From Nitrospinales bacterium (GTDB lineage: Bacteria; Nitrospinota; Nitrospinia; Nitrospinales; VA-1), in NCBI GenBank assembly GCA_965223345.1, contig CBDCWG010000012.1, forward strand, positions 1,344,001 through 1,408,000: 64,000 nt of DNA, in the 5' to 3' direction. The first letter of the stretch is position 1. Each line of letters begins with the position of its first letter. A program made the translations under genes and the position numbers. Under the pieces are notes generated by a model. It was given only the letters and a program-made list of their open reading frames with translations. It was not told the DNA's origin and ran no database searches. Below, piece after piece: positions 20,436 to 30,284 of this stretch.

Positions 20436-21239
20436 TTAATCCGAGAGTGCGGGACGGTCCGACGCCGAGGCGGAGATCGGTTTGTCGCCGGTGGCGATGT
20501 ACTGCCCGCCGAGCGGAACCCGCTCCAGTTTTGCTTCCAGCGGCAGGAGGGCTTTGAGGCGTTTCGGAAAAAAAGTCGTGAAGCGGACCCGGACGTTCTG
20601 GAATTTCTGTTGCCGCAGCGCGCGTTTCATTTTGGCGGGATGGATCAGCACGGCATCTTTGTCGAGCGGGCAGTCGGCCACGATTTTTCTCGTGAACGGA
20701 TTCAACGGATTGTGTTCCCAGATCACGACCTTGCCGCCGGGCGCGAGCAACCGGTGGAAGCGCTGCAGCTGTTCGGCGTGTTGCTCCTGCGGGATGTGGT
20801 GGAGCACGCCGGAGGCGAAGATCACATCATAAGGGTGCTGCTGCCATTCGGGATCGTGGGTTGCAAAAAACGCGTGGGGGTCCGCATAGCGGTTGCGGGC
20901 TTTTTCGATCATCTTTTCGGACAGATCGACCCCGCGGTAGTCGGCGATGGGGAAAAAACCGTGGAACGCATCGTACAAATTGCCCACCCCGCAACCGAAG
21001 TCGAGGAAACGGATTGGAAGCTGGCTCCAGTCGGGAAAAAGTTCCGCCAGTTTTCGCAATTTCGCCAGCACTATTTCCTGGATGTTGAAGCCGGTGACCT
21101 GCAACGATTCATTCACAAGCGCGTCATAGTTTTCGATGTGGGCGTCGAAGGGCTGCTGCTTCACCGCCTCGTGTGAACCGGTTTCGCGCTTGCGCCGTGT
21201 GCCCAGGGCGATCATCTGCATTTGTGTGGATTCAGTCAT
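20436..21239 (-). CDS. Class I SAM-dependent methyltransferase
   Basis: LDFGCGVG, GVDLS, VLHH and LAPGG motifs. Confidence 0.88.
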   Translation of the reverse strand: MTESTQMQMIALGTRRKRETGSHEAVKQQPFDAHIENYDALVNESLQVTGFNIQEIVLAKLRKLAELFPDWSQLPIRFLDFGCGVGNLYDAFHGFFPIADYRGVDLSEKMIEKARNRYADPHAFFATHDPEWQQHPYDVIFASGVLHHIPQEQHAEQLQRFHRLLAPGGKVVIWEHNPLNPFTRKIVADCPLDKDAVLIHPAKMKRALRQQKFQNVRVRFTTFFPKRLKALLPLEAKLERVPLGGQYIATGDKPISASASDRPALSD

Positions 21240-21327
21240 GGCTGTGCCGGGATACGTGGGCTGGAGAAGGGGAAACGGGAATGCCGTTTCTGAATGCGTC
21301 GATCGAAATTCAACGGGGCAAATCGTA

Positions 21328-22463
21328 TCATAGAGTGCGATAAAGATCCAGATAGCGTTGCATGATTTCCTCCCAGCCGAATCGCTGCCGTACTGCCGAC
21401 TGAATTTTTTCTCCGAAAACCTGCCGTGTGTGGGTGTCGGACAAAGCCTGAATGCGCTCGGCGATGGGGCCGGGTTTCGCGTCGATCAAAAATCCGGTTT
21501 CCCCTTCCTCGACGATCTCCCGCGCCACGCCCACAGGCGTCGCGATCACCGGCAGTCCGTGCGCCGCGGCTTCCAGGATGGGCTGCGCGAAATTTTCATA
21601 CAGCGACGGGTATAAAAATACATCGGCGTTGGTGTAAACGGATTGCAGGCGCTCGGGCGGCACCGGGCCGGTGAAGGTCACGTGCGCATCGATGTCCAAA
21701 GATCGCGCCTGCGCCTTGAGCTCGTCGAGGTAGCCGGCCTTTTCCACGCTTGCGGTGCGTTCTTCGCCGCCCACCACAGTCAGGTGATAGGGGATCGGGA
21801 GCCGCTTGACGGCCTGAAGCAGCAATTCCACGCGGCGCACGCGCGCGATGCGGCCCACGAACAAGAGCCGCAGCACCCCGTCCGCAGAATTCTCTCCATG
21901 GTTTTTCGCAGCGGGGACGTCGATGCCCATGGGGATGACGCGCAGTTTGTGCGCCGGCAGCCCGAACTCCAGGGCGTCCCAGCGTTCCTGCTGCGAGGAC
22001 ACGACGACGCGGTCGGCGCGTTTGGCGGCGGATTTCAGCGTGACGAGATCGTACAGCCGGTAGGGAAGGCGCGCGAGCGGCGAGGACAGGTACTTGCAAA
22101 AACCGGAGAGGGAGCCGTGCGTGTTCAGAACGAAAGGCTTTTTCTTCAGCGAGGCAAAAAAAAACCGCAGTCGGTTTGAAAGTTGCGGTAGTTGTGGCTG
22201 TGGATCAGATCGTAGCCTTTGCAGTGCCGCCACATTCCCAGGCTGACGGCGTAGCGCATCATCCTGAACTGGATCGCCTTGCGGATCACCCGCACGCGCT
22301 GGATGGTTTCGCGCGCCGGCAGTCCCGGGTCCACGTCGCAGTAGGTGGTGAGAACCGGGGAGTGAACGCCCATCGCCTCCAGACGGTTGGAGATCTGGAA
22401 GGCCTGGTTCGCGGGCCCGCACACGTAGGGCAGGAAAGTTTCGATGGTTCTTAGGATCTTCAA
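21328..22463 (-). pseudogene. Glycosyltransferase family 4 split by a frameshift in a T9 homopolymer (plus-strand A9 at 22156-22164)
   Basis: N-terminal half (LKILRTIETFLP…DLIHSH…QTDCG) and C-terminal half (FASLKKKPFVLNTHG…ENFAQPILEA) lie in different frames and join at the T run; T10 or T7 restores one ORF. Confidence 0.85.
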
Positions 22464-22497
22464 GGCTTTGCCTGGGCGTTGGGTTTTGCAACCGGGT

Positions 22498-22899
22498 TCA
22501 TTGCAGCTCCTTGATGGAAGCGGGCCGCGGTTCCACGACCTTTCTTTCCAGCATCGTTTCGAGGTGTTTCTTTTCATGATCGAGGATGCCCAGATGCTGG
22601 GTGAGCATGCGCACCTGGTTGGTCAGTGCGGAGATGCGGATGGAAAAATGCAGGCAGATGACCATCAAAAACAGCAGACCGGAAAAAAACAGGGTGGAGG
22701 TGAACAGCGTCGCGCCCGCAAGGTCGGAGATCCAGATCAGAAGGTCCTCGGAGATGGAGAGGATCAGCATCAGCGTTCCGGTCACCAGCCAGCCCAGCGA
22801 GTATTCTTCGTTGAGGTGCTTGCGCCGCACCAGCTCGAACACGTAGGCCACCAGAAAGATGCAGATGAGAATGGCTATGATGCGGATTCGCGGTGGCAT
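22498..22899 (-). CDS. DUF2304-type small membrane protein
   Basis: Three TM segments plus coiled tail (RRKHLNEEYSLGW…ISALTNQVRMLTQ), directly after a DPM1-like GT2. Confidence 0.8.
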   Translation of the reverse strand: MPPRIRIIAILICIFLVAYVFELVRRKHLNEEYSLGWLVTGTLMLILSISEDLLIWISDLAGATLFTSTLFFSGLLFLMVICLHFSIRISALTNQVRMLTQHLGILDHEKKHLETMLERKVVEPRPASIKELQ

Positions 22900-23666
22900 G
22901 CGGACACTCCTTGAGGTTTCTGCCTGAGCAGGGTGACGAAGATGGAAAGAAACATTTTGAACACGTAATAAACGGTCTTGTGTCCCCGGTGCATGGATTT
23001 GTTTCCGGGGCTCGGCAGCATGGTGACGGGGATCTCCCGCAGTTTGAAGCCGCAGCGGTGCAGCATGATGATGAAATCGGCGTCCGGGTAATCGGGCGGG
23101 TAGTAATCGCTGGCGACGAAGCGGATGGCCTCGCCTCTCCAGACCTGGAATCCGGAAGTGGGATCGGAAATCCGCTGCCGGCACAGGATGGACGCGAGTT
23201 TGCCGAAGATGCACATGCCCAGGTGTTTGCTCCAGGATGTTTTGTAGGGATTGTTCCCCAGAAAACGCGAACCCACCACCACGTCGAGACCGCTGTCCTC
23301 GATTTCCTCAAGCAGATCGACGATGAACTTCGGATCGTGCTGCCCGTCGGCGTCCATCTGCACGACTGTCGTGAAGCCGTGTTTGACGGCGTAGATGAAT
23401 CCGGTTTGCAGCGCGACGCCGTAGCCGGAGTTGAAGGGCAGGGAGATGACGCGTGCGCCCAGCTTTTTCGCGATTTCGGCGGTGGCGTCGCTGGAGCCGT
23501 CGTTGATCACCAGAATCGGGATTCCGGGCACCGTGCGCCGCACACCCAGCAGAACGTCGCCGATGTTGCCTTCCTCGTTGAAGGCGGGGATCACGACCAA
23601 TGTGTCGGGAGCCGCCTCGCCCGGGTGCATGAAGGCGGGATGGGGCCGCGGTTTTTCCACAGCCAT
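22875..23666 (-). CDS. GT2 polyprenol-phosphate glycosyltransferase (DPM1-like)
   Basis: IPAFNEE, NDGSSD, MDADGQH, GSRF and DPTSGF motifs; start uncertain. Confidence 0.9.
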   Translation of the reverse strand: MAVEKPRPHPAFMHPGEAAPDTLVVIPAFNEEGNIGDVLLGVRRTVPGIPILVINDGSSDATAEIAKKLGARVISLPFNSGYGVALQTGFIYAVKHGFTTVVQMDADGQHDPKFIVDLLEEIEDSGLDVVVGSRFLGNNPYKTSWSKHLGMCIFGKLASILCRQRISDPTSGFQVWRGEAIRFVASDYYPPDYPDADFIIMLHRCGFKLREIPVTMLPSPGNKSMHRGHKTVYYVFKMFLSIFVTLLRQKPQGVSACHRESAS

Positions 23667-23962
23667 ATCCAGGGCCACGGGGGTGGCGAGCGGGAAGCGC
23701 TTGATCTTGTGTCCGCCTAATTTGTTCAACGCGATCGCGTGCCTTCTGCAAAAAGCCTCCCCATCCGGACTCGGACGCGAACGGGGTTTCGACCCTGAAT
23801 TCGGATTCGGATCGCATGGGGAGGACGGCAGGGGAATTTTATACAAGAACCCACATTAAAAGAAACGGTTCCTGTTTCCTGAAACTTGAATCAAAAACGC
23901 CTGGGTCCGCATCCGGATCGCATTTGCCGCTGGGGGCCGGAGCGTTCGCGGAAACGGCGGCG

Positions 23963-25000
23963 TCAGGCAAAGGCCCGGTTGATGGTGTGGATCATCTGAT
24001 TCAGGCGGCCGAAATTTTTCTGATTGAAATGCAGCACGAGGCGGGGCAGGTCGAGGTGCTCTTTGGTGATTTTTTCATCTTCCAGGGGCAGGGAGGGTTC
24101 GATGGCCCCATCGACGAGAAGGTCCTTGTATTCGGCGTTCAGCCGGCTCACAAGGGCTGTGGGGATTTCTCTGTTGAATCGCAGGACGGTGAGGCCGCGG
24201 ACGTAGCGCAGCGAGTGGTAGGCGCGGTAGTATTCCTGAATGATCCCGGTGGCTTCCTGCGCCGAGTGGGCGAGTTGAAACAGGTTGCGGTCCTCGGGGG
24301 AGATGTAGCCTTTCTTGACGAGCACCGAATCGACGAATTCGATCCAGCTCGGCCAGTAGGTGCCGTCGGCGGCCTCCAGAAGCACGATGGGGCGCGGCAG
24401 GGTCTTGCCGGTCTGGAACAGGGTCAGGTTTTCGAACCCCTCGTCCTGGGTGCCGAACCCGCCGGGCAGCAGCACGGTGGCGTCGGATTCCTTGATGAAA
24501 AAAAGTTTGCGCGTGAAAAAATATTTGTAGTTCACCAGCTTCGGGTCGCCGTCGATGTAGGAGTTGGCTGTCTGCTCGAAAGGCAGGTGGATGTTCAACC
24601 CGAAGCTGTTTCCTTCGCCGGCTCCCTTGTTCGCCGCTTCCATGACGCCGGGACCGCCGCCGGAGATGATCATGAAGCCGTTTTCGGCCAGTTGCCGGCA
24701 CAGTTCCACGGTCAAAAGATAGTCGGGGTCGTCCACGGCGGTGCGGGCGGAGCCGAACACGGTCACCTTGCGCACCTTGCGGTTGGCGTGAAACACGCGA
24801 AACGAGTGGCGCAATTCCTTGACGGTGGTGTTTGTCAGCTTAAAGTCACCCAAATCAACGTGTTCCATGGCCAGTTTGGTCACGGTGGTGAGGATCTGGC
24901 GAAACATTTCCCGGCACTCTTCCGAGGCGCTGGCGTCGGTGAGCCGGTCGATCAGGGCGTCGATGTCGGGATCTCCAATATTGTAACGGTTGTTAGCCAT
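23963..25000 (-). CDS. LOG family (Rossmann-fold nucleotide phosphoribohydrolase-like) protein
   Basis: VFGSART, GGGPGVMEA, FFTRK and PGGFGTQDE motifs. Confidence 0.9.
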   Translation of the reverse strand: MANNRYNIGDPDIDALIDRLTDASASEECREMFRQILTTVTKLAMEHVDLGDFKLTNTTVKELRHSFRVFHANRKVRKVTVFGSARTAVDDPDYLLTVELCRQLAENGFMIISGGGPGVMEAANKGAGEGNSFGLNIHLPFEQTANSYIDGDPKLVNYKYFFTRKLFFIKESDATVLLPGGFGTQDEGFENLTLFQTGKTLPRPIVLLEAADGTYWPSWIEFVDSVLVKKGYISPEDRNLFQLAHSAQEATGIIQEYYRAYHSLRYVRGLTVLRFNREIPTALVSRLNAEYKDLLVDGAIEPSLPLEDEKITKEHLDLPRLVLHFNQKNFGRLNQMIHTINRAFA

Positions 25001-25122
25001 ATCCGGTTCTTGCCTGTTTTAGAAAGGTTTGATATACAATATGCGATTCAATGCTGGTACACTCCTGGGAGAAGACAGGTTTGCCGGTTTTCCCCGGAAA
25101 TACAAGAAGGGTCGGTTCGCAT

Positions 25123-25320
25123 ATGAACGATAAAGTGTTGATCATCGCCATCGCAGGACTTTTGATCGTCGGCATTCTGGGTGTGCTGGGCATCGTGATT
25201 CCCTGGGTGTGGGATCGCGGCATTCCTAACTGGAAGCAGTTGATCATCGACGACGGCCTGATCATTGCGGCGCTGGCGTTGTTCGTTTATGGGTTCTACA
25301 TGAACACGCGCATGCATTAA
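25123..25320 (+). CDS. Small 2-TM hypothetical protein (65 aa)
   Basis: MNDKVLIIAIAGLLIVG…; two hydrophobic helices. Confidence 0.6.
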   Translation: MNDKVLIIAIAGLLIVGILGVLGIVIPWVWDRGIPNWKQLIIDDGLIIAALALFVYGFYMNTRMH

Positions 25321-26114
25321 AGCGAAATCCTCTCCGGGTTTTTGATTTTGTACAAAACCATACCGAGGATCGCCAGCGTGATCCCCACTCCGCACAATCC
25401 CATCACGAATTCCCCTATATAGAACGTCACGGCGAGGTTGAAAATCAGCACGCCAAAGTAAAGGCCCGGCCCCCACAGCGCCTGATAGGGGTAATCCGCC
25501 ACAGGCTGTGGAGCGATGCGGCTCCACCAGCGGTTGAGCGCGCAGAACGCGGTGAGAATCGTCGTCCCCACCAGAAACCACCCCGCGAAATTGGTCAGCG
25601 GAATGTTGAAGTACTCGCCTTCCTCCTGATACGTGTAAATTTTTCCAAGAAACCAGCGGTCGCCGAGAAACGCCACGGGATCGATGATCACGTCCATCAT
25701 CATGAACAGAAACGCGCCGGTGAAGATCACGCGGAAGGAGAACAACGCCTGCTGTGTGTCAACCAGGCGCACGTCCCAGCCGTTTTTTCGGAGCGGCGAC
25801 CAGAGCAGCAGGCTCATCGTCAGGCTGATATAGGACAGAAACGAATAGGACAGCGAATCCATGAACGGGACGTTGCTGATCCACAGTTCCCGGTCGCGGG
25901 TGGTGTCGATGTAGCTGTAAAACCCGTAGGGGAATCCGTTGCGCGTCGAGGAATACTCCGACAGAAACGCGATGCAATAAGCGAGGACGGTGAACGCCAG
26001 CGAGCGGGGCAGTCCCATGTTTTTGATGGCGATGGTCAGATACACCGCCAGGAAGACGAACACGTAGGGGCGCAACAACAGCGTGCCCCATAGCAGAGAC
26101 AGAATTTCCATCAT
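25317..26114 (-). CDS. Carotenoid biosynthesis protein / CruF-like (DUF422) membrane protein
   Basis: E…GFPYG.Y.Y, DVIIDP and IPLTNFAGW motifs. Confidence 0.8.
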   Translation of the reverse strand: MMEILSLLWGTLLLRPYVFVFLAVYLTIAIKNMGLPRSLAFTVLAYCIAFLSEYSSTRNGFPYGFYSYIDTTRDRELWISNVPFMDSLSYSFLSYISLTMSLLLWSPLRKNGWDVRLVDTQQALFSFRVIFTGAFLFMMMDVIIDPVAFLGDRWFLGKIYTYQEEGEYFNIPLTNFAGWFLVGTTILTAFCALNRWWSRIAPQPVADYPYQALWGPGLYFGVLIFNLAVTFYIGEFVMGLCGVGITLAILGMVLYKIKNPERISL

Positions 26115-27112
26115 TATTTTGAAAGGTACTGGGATGCGTGGGCTTCAAACCACTCCACCGAGGCCCTGAGCGCATCCTCGATGGGGTTTTGCGGCAGACC
26201 GAGCGTTTGCACGGCTTTGGACGCATCGAAATACATGAAGTACTTTGCCATTTTGACGCCTCCCAGGGGAACCGCGGGAGGCTTGTTTGTGATGTGGTTC
26301 GACACGGCTTCCGAAACCCAGCCGGCGGTCCAGGCGACCCAGTAGGGCATCTTGACCGTGGGGGCTTTGAGGCCGGTGATGTTTTCCAGAATCAGAAGGA
26401 TTTCGTGCAGCGACAGATTGCGGTTGCCCAGGATGTAGCGTTCGCCGGGCACGCCTTTCTGTTCGGCGAGCAGGTGGCCGCGCGCGCAGTCCTGCACGTC
26501 GATCAGGTTGAGGCCGGTGTCCAGGTAGGCGGGCATTTTGCGCTGCATGAAATCCAGCACGATTTTTCCGGTTGGCGTGGGCTTGATGTCGCGCGGGCCG
26601 ATGGGGGTGCTGGGATTGACGATGACCACCGGCAGGCCGTTCTGATGAAACTCTTTCGCGACGGCCTCGGCCTGGTATTTGGATGTTTTGTAATCGTTGC
26701 ACAGGGTGGCGGGATCGAACGGCGTTGCTTCGTTCGCGGGTGTGCGGTCGGCATTGAGCCCGATGCAGCCCACGGTGCTGGTGTAGACCACCTTGCCGAG
26801 TTCCGCTTCGACAGCCGCTTGCAGGAGGTTGCGGGTGCCCTGCACGTTGATGTCGTAGATCGACGGCCGGTCCTTCACCCAGAGGCTGTAATAGGCCGCT
26901 GCGTGGTACAAAACGTCGCAGCCTTTAAGTGCACGGCGCAGCGAATCCGGATTGCGCAGATCGCCGGTGACGGGCTCTGCGTCCAATCCGCTGATGTTGC
27001 TGCGGTCGGCTCCCTCGCGCACCAGGACCTTCACCGCGCGTCCCGCATCCAGCAGTTCTCTCAAGATGGCGGAGCCCAAAAATCCGGTCGTCCCGGTGAC
27101 CAGGGTTTTCAT
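26114..27112 (-). CDS. hpnA: Hopanoid-associated sugar epimerase / dihydroflavonol-reductase-like SDR
   Basis: TGTTGFLG, HAAAYY, YKTSK, NPSTPIGPRDIKPTPTG and GERYILG motifs. Confidence 0.82.
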   Translation of the reverse strand: MKTLVTGTTGFLGSAILRELLDAGRAVKVLVREGADRSNISGLDAEPVTGDLRNPDSLRRALKGCDVLYHAAAYYSLWVKDRPSIYDINVQGTRNLLQAAVEAELGKVVYTSTVGCIGLNADRTPANEATPFDPATLCNDYKTSKYQAEAVAKEFHQNGLPVVIVNPSTPIGPRDIKPTPTGKIVLDFMQRKMPAYLDTGLNLIDVQDCARGHLLAEQKGVPGERYILGNRNLSLHEILLILENITGLKAPTVKMPYWVAWTAGWVSEAVSNHITNKPPAVPLGGVKMAKYFMYFDASKAVQTLGLPQNPIEDALRASVEWFEAHASQYLSK

Positions 27113-27266
27113 CGCAGAGAACGAGAGATGAAAGGAGCCGCGTCAACGGGAGCCATCGCGTGCATTCCTGTTTGTTGCGGCACGCAGGGCAGGGCACACG
27201 AAGCGGCCGGAGGGAATCCGCGCCGGTGTTTTGATTTTATCCTGTTGATCCGGTTCAATTTTGCTG

Positions 27267-28319
27267 TCAGATGAAAATCTGGATTTCCGCGGTTTTTTTG
27301 AGGTCCTTGAGGAGATCGTCCCGCAGTCGTTCCGCTTCCTTTTGGGAAAGGATGTTCAGGATGTCCGCTTTCACTTCATCGAAAGAGGCTTTCTGGCTGG
27401 GGATCGTCTCGGTCAGTTGAATGATGTGGTAGCCGAACTGGCTGGAGATGACCTCGGAGGTTTCGCCTTTCTTGAGCCGGGTCATGGCTTTGGCGATCGC
27501 CGGGATGGTGGTCTCCGGCAGCAACACGCCCAGGTCGCCGCCTTTGTCAACGGTGGCTTCGTCCTCGGAAAATTCCTTCACCAGCTTGACGAAATCGCCC
27601 CCGGCTTTCAATTTTTTGGCGGCCGCGTCGATTTTATCTTTGGCTTCTTTGTTGATCCCTTCCACCATGCGTTTGGCTTTCGCAGCGGCCTCTTTGTCAT
27701 CCACTTTGCCTTCGGACTCGGCCAGCCTGGCCACGAAGATGTGGCGGACTTTGTACATCTCCGGCTTGATGAACGATTCCGCGTTTTCGTCGTAAAACTT
27801 TTTCGCTTTCGCTTCCTTCACATCGACTTTGGGAAAGATTTCCTTGCGCAGGAATTTTTCCGACACCAGCTGTTTCTCGATTTTTTCACGCAGGGTGCCG
27901 CGGGTCAGTTTCTGCATCGCCAGGGCGCGTTCGAAAAAGGGAACGCTGGGAAACTGGTCCTCGATTTTTTTCAGCTCCTTGAGAACGATCTCCGTGGGCA
28001 CCTGCACGTCCACTTTGCGCGCCTTCTGATAGATCAACTCTTTCTCGATTTCCTTGTTGAGGATCTTGCGGGCGATGGGCAATTCCGAATCGGTGGATAC
28101 TTCCTCGCCCTGCCTGGCGGAGATCATCTTGTAGGCCATCATCTCCCGCTCCAGGATGTTGGCGCTCAGCTCGATGCCGTTCACCGACGCCACCACCTTG
28201 GGAACGGATTTTCCGTCCAGTGTGAACGGCTTGTCGGCGGCGACGGCCCAGGAAGCCAGAAGCGGGATCAGAACGAATGGAACCAGGATAGCGGGAAAAA
28301 GTTTACGGCCGGTGATCAT
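27267..28319 (-). CDS. Exported parvulin-type peptidyl-prolyl isomerase (SurA/PrsA-like)
   Basis: Signal peptide; VASVNG, RHIF, FSED, GGDLG and FGYHII motifs. Confidence 0.9.
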   Translation of the reverse strand: MITGRKLFPAILVPFVLIPLLASWAVAADKPFTLDGKSVPKVVASVNGIELSANILEREMMAYKMISARQGEEVSTDSELPIARKILNKEIEKELIYQKARKVDVQVPTEIVLKELKKIEDQFPSVPFFERALAMQKLTRGTLREKIEKQLVSEKFLRKEIFPKVDVKEAKAKKFYDENAESFIKPEMYKVRHIFVARLAESEGKVDDKEAAAKAKRMVEGINKEAKDKIDAAAKKLKAGGDFVKLVKEFSEDEATVDKGGDLGVLLPETTIPAIAKAMTRLKKGETSEVISSQFGYHIIQLTETIPSQKASFDEVKADILNILSQKEAERLRDDLLKDLKKTAEIQIFI

Positions 28320-28532
28320 GAGACTCCCTTCTTGTGTGGATGCGTGCTGCGATCGCCCTTACGGGGCTTGACGAATCAAATGGGAACGGTTTTCTGATTC
28401 AATTATAGGAGTATCCGAATCCTGCCACAATGAAAATCAGAGAACATCAGGAGGCGAGAGGGGGGAGTGTGGATCGGGATAGGGAAGTGGGAATGGGTGA
28501 CGTCGCGCCGGTGAGCGATACGCATTGCGGGC

Positions 28533-28570
28533 AAAAAAAATCCCCCGGAAGCCGGGAGGCTTCCGGGGGA
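28533..28570 (-). terminator. Intrinsic terminator of the porin gene
   Basis: TCCCCCGGAAGCC-N4-GGCTTCCGGGGGA 13-bp stem next to A8 (T8 on minus strand). Confidence 0.9.
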
Positions 28571-28585
28571 GAGAATCGGAAAGAT

Positions 28586-30004
28586 TCAGAACTTCACGTC
28601 AAACTGGAGGTAGGCCCAGCTTGCGTTGTCACCGCCGGTGGCGTTGACGCCACCACCCGTTGCCGTGCGGCGGAAAAGGGATTCTGCCCAGAAATGGGAG
28701 AAGCCGGCGCTGATGGTGGTGTTGGCGTTGTACTTGTGCACCAGCGTCAGATCCAGCTCGTGGCCCAGATCGTTGTCGTCGAAACGAGTCGCTGCTTGAC
28801 CGGACAGATTGGGAGATCCGTTCGGGCCTTCAGCGGTGGTGAAATAATGCCAGTCGGCCTTGAACACCCAGTTGTTGCGGGGCTGGATCGAGGTCTTGAC
28901 TGCGTAGTCCACCAAGCCCAGGAAGTTGGTGTTGTTCCCGTTGTTCGGCAGGAACAGGTCCATGAAGCCGTAGAACTTATGGCCGGTGTCGAACAGGGTG
29001 TTGAAGGTGCTGAATTCACCGCCTCGGACGTCATCTTCCGAAGTTCCGGAGAGGTAGTCGTACCAGAGGGTGATGCTCGGTTTCCACATCACGTTGGTGA
29101 ACTTCTTGCCGACGCGAGCGCCGAACATGTAGGCTTCGCGGTCGATTTCGGAGCCCGGTCCGGTGACGATGCCGTTGGCTCCATAGGCGCCGATGTTGGA
29201 AGCGGTCGCTTCCGCGCCGCCGAACTGGTAGTAGAACTCACCGCGGTAGTCGATGCCGAACAGCTGGCCTGCCTGCCGTGCGCCGATGGTGTAGATGTTG
29301 TTGTCCGAAGGTCCGGCCGTGGCTGCGTTGCCAGAGTTGAGACCGGCTTCGTCATCGATGGCGACAAAATAGAGAGACAAACCGCCGCCGAGGATGCCCT
29401 GCAGGTTGGCCCACAGGATGTAAGCGTCCACATCGTCCGGATCCGCTGCGGAACCCTGTCCACCATCGTTGGCGCGGGAATAGACCAGCGCGATGGTGTG
29501 GTTGCCGGCGCTGTGAGTCAGGCGTACGGCATCGTGGGTCTGTGCGCCTTCGGTCCAGCCGGTGTTGCCCAGCAGCCTGTGACCGTCGAGCACCACTTCC
29601 TGGCGACCCAGTTTCAGGTCTGCGGGAAGGCCGAACAGATTTTTGTGCGTGAAGTACGCCTGGTGGACACCGACGGACGCATCCGCGTCGTTGGCGCTGA
29701 AGGCTGCGTTGCCCGCACCCTGTTCTGCACCGGCACCGCCGATGTTGTTACCCCAAACACGGGTGCTCTGCAATTGAATGAAAGCACTGGTGTCGGGCAG
29801 GATGTCCGCCTTGGCGTGCAGGCGCACACGGGAACTGATGAAGAAATCCGCGGACGTGCTGTCGTTGAAATCATGTTGCTCGTTGATTTCGAAGCGAGGC
29901 CGGATTTGTCCGCCAAAATCGACGCTCGCCGCTTCCGCAATCGTGGTTCCGACAAAAAGCGCCGCAACCATTCCTGCTACTGCAGTCAAAAAATTCTTTT
30001 TCAT
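28586..30004 (-). CDS. Outer-membrane beta-barrel, alginate-export (AlgE-like) family porin
   Basis: Signal peptide; GQIRPRFE, HQAY, LGRQ, TGHKFYG and DLGHELD motifs; C-terminal Phe. Confidence 0.82.
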   Translation of the reverse strand: MKKNFLTAVAGMVAALFVGTTIAEAASVDFGGQIRPRFEINEQHDFNDSTSADFFISSRVRLHAKADILPDTSAFIQLQSTRVWGNNIGGAGAEQGAGNAAFSANDADASVGVHQAYFTHKNLFGLPADLKLGRQEVVLDGHRLLGNTGWTEGAQTHDAVRLTHSAGNHTIALVYSRANDGGQGSAADPDDVDAYILWANLQGILGGGLSLYFVAIDDEAGLNSGNAATAGPSDNNIYTIGARQAGQLFGIDYRGEFYYQFGGAEATASNIGAYGANGIVTGPGSEIDREAYMFGARVGKKFTNVMWKPSITLWYDYLSGTSEDDVRGGEFSTFNTLFDTGHKFYGFMDLFLPNNGNNTNFLGLVDYAVKTSIQPRNNWVFKADWHYFTTAEGPNGSPNLSGQAATRFDDNDLGHELDLTLVHKYNANTTISAGFSHFWAESLFRRTATGGGVNATGGDNASWAYLQFDVKF

Positions 30005-30125
30005 ACCTGTCTCCTCCAAGAAATGGTTCTACTTGTAAAAAACAATAAAAACGTTGGAAAAACGTTTGTTATTTCCGTTCCGTTTGTAGAAACCAAGCAG
30101 ATAAAGGTGGCAACTTTACATTGAA

Positions 30126-30161
30126 AGTATAAATTACAACCCAGTTTAAATCAAGCACTTT
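30126..30161 (-). promoter_or_regulatory. Sigma-70-like promoter of the porin gene overlapping an IHF consensus site
   Basis: TTGATT-N17-TATACT on minus strand; AATCAAGCACTTA (30149-30161) matches WATCAANNNNTTR. Confidence 0.55.
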
Positions 30162-30284
30162 ATGGGGAATTCCGTGAGCCGCTAGTCCGTCGAATCACCT
30201 CCTGTTCGTGTACTTTTTTTCGTTTTTTTTAAAGTGAATTCCGGTACGTTTTTCGCGAATTTTTTTCGCAAGCCCAAAGGGCTC

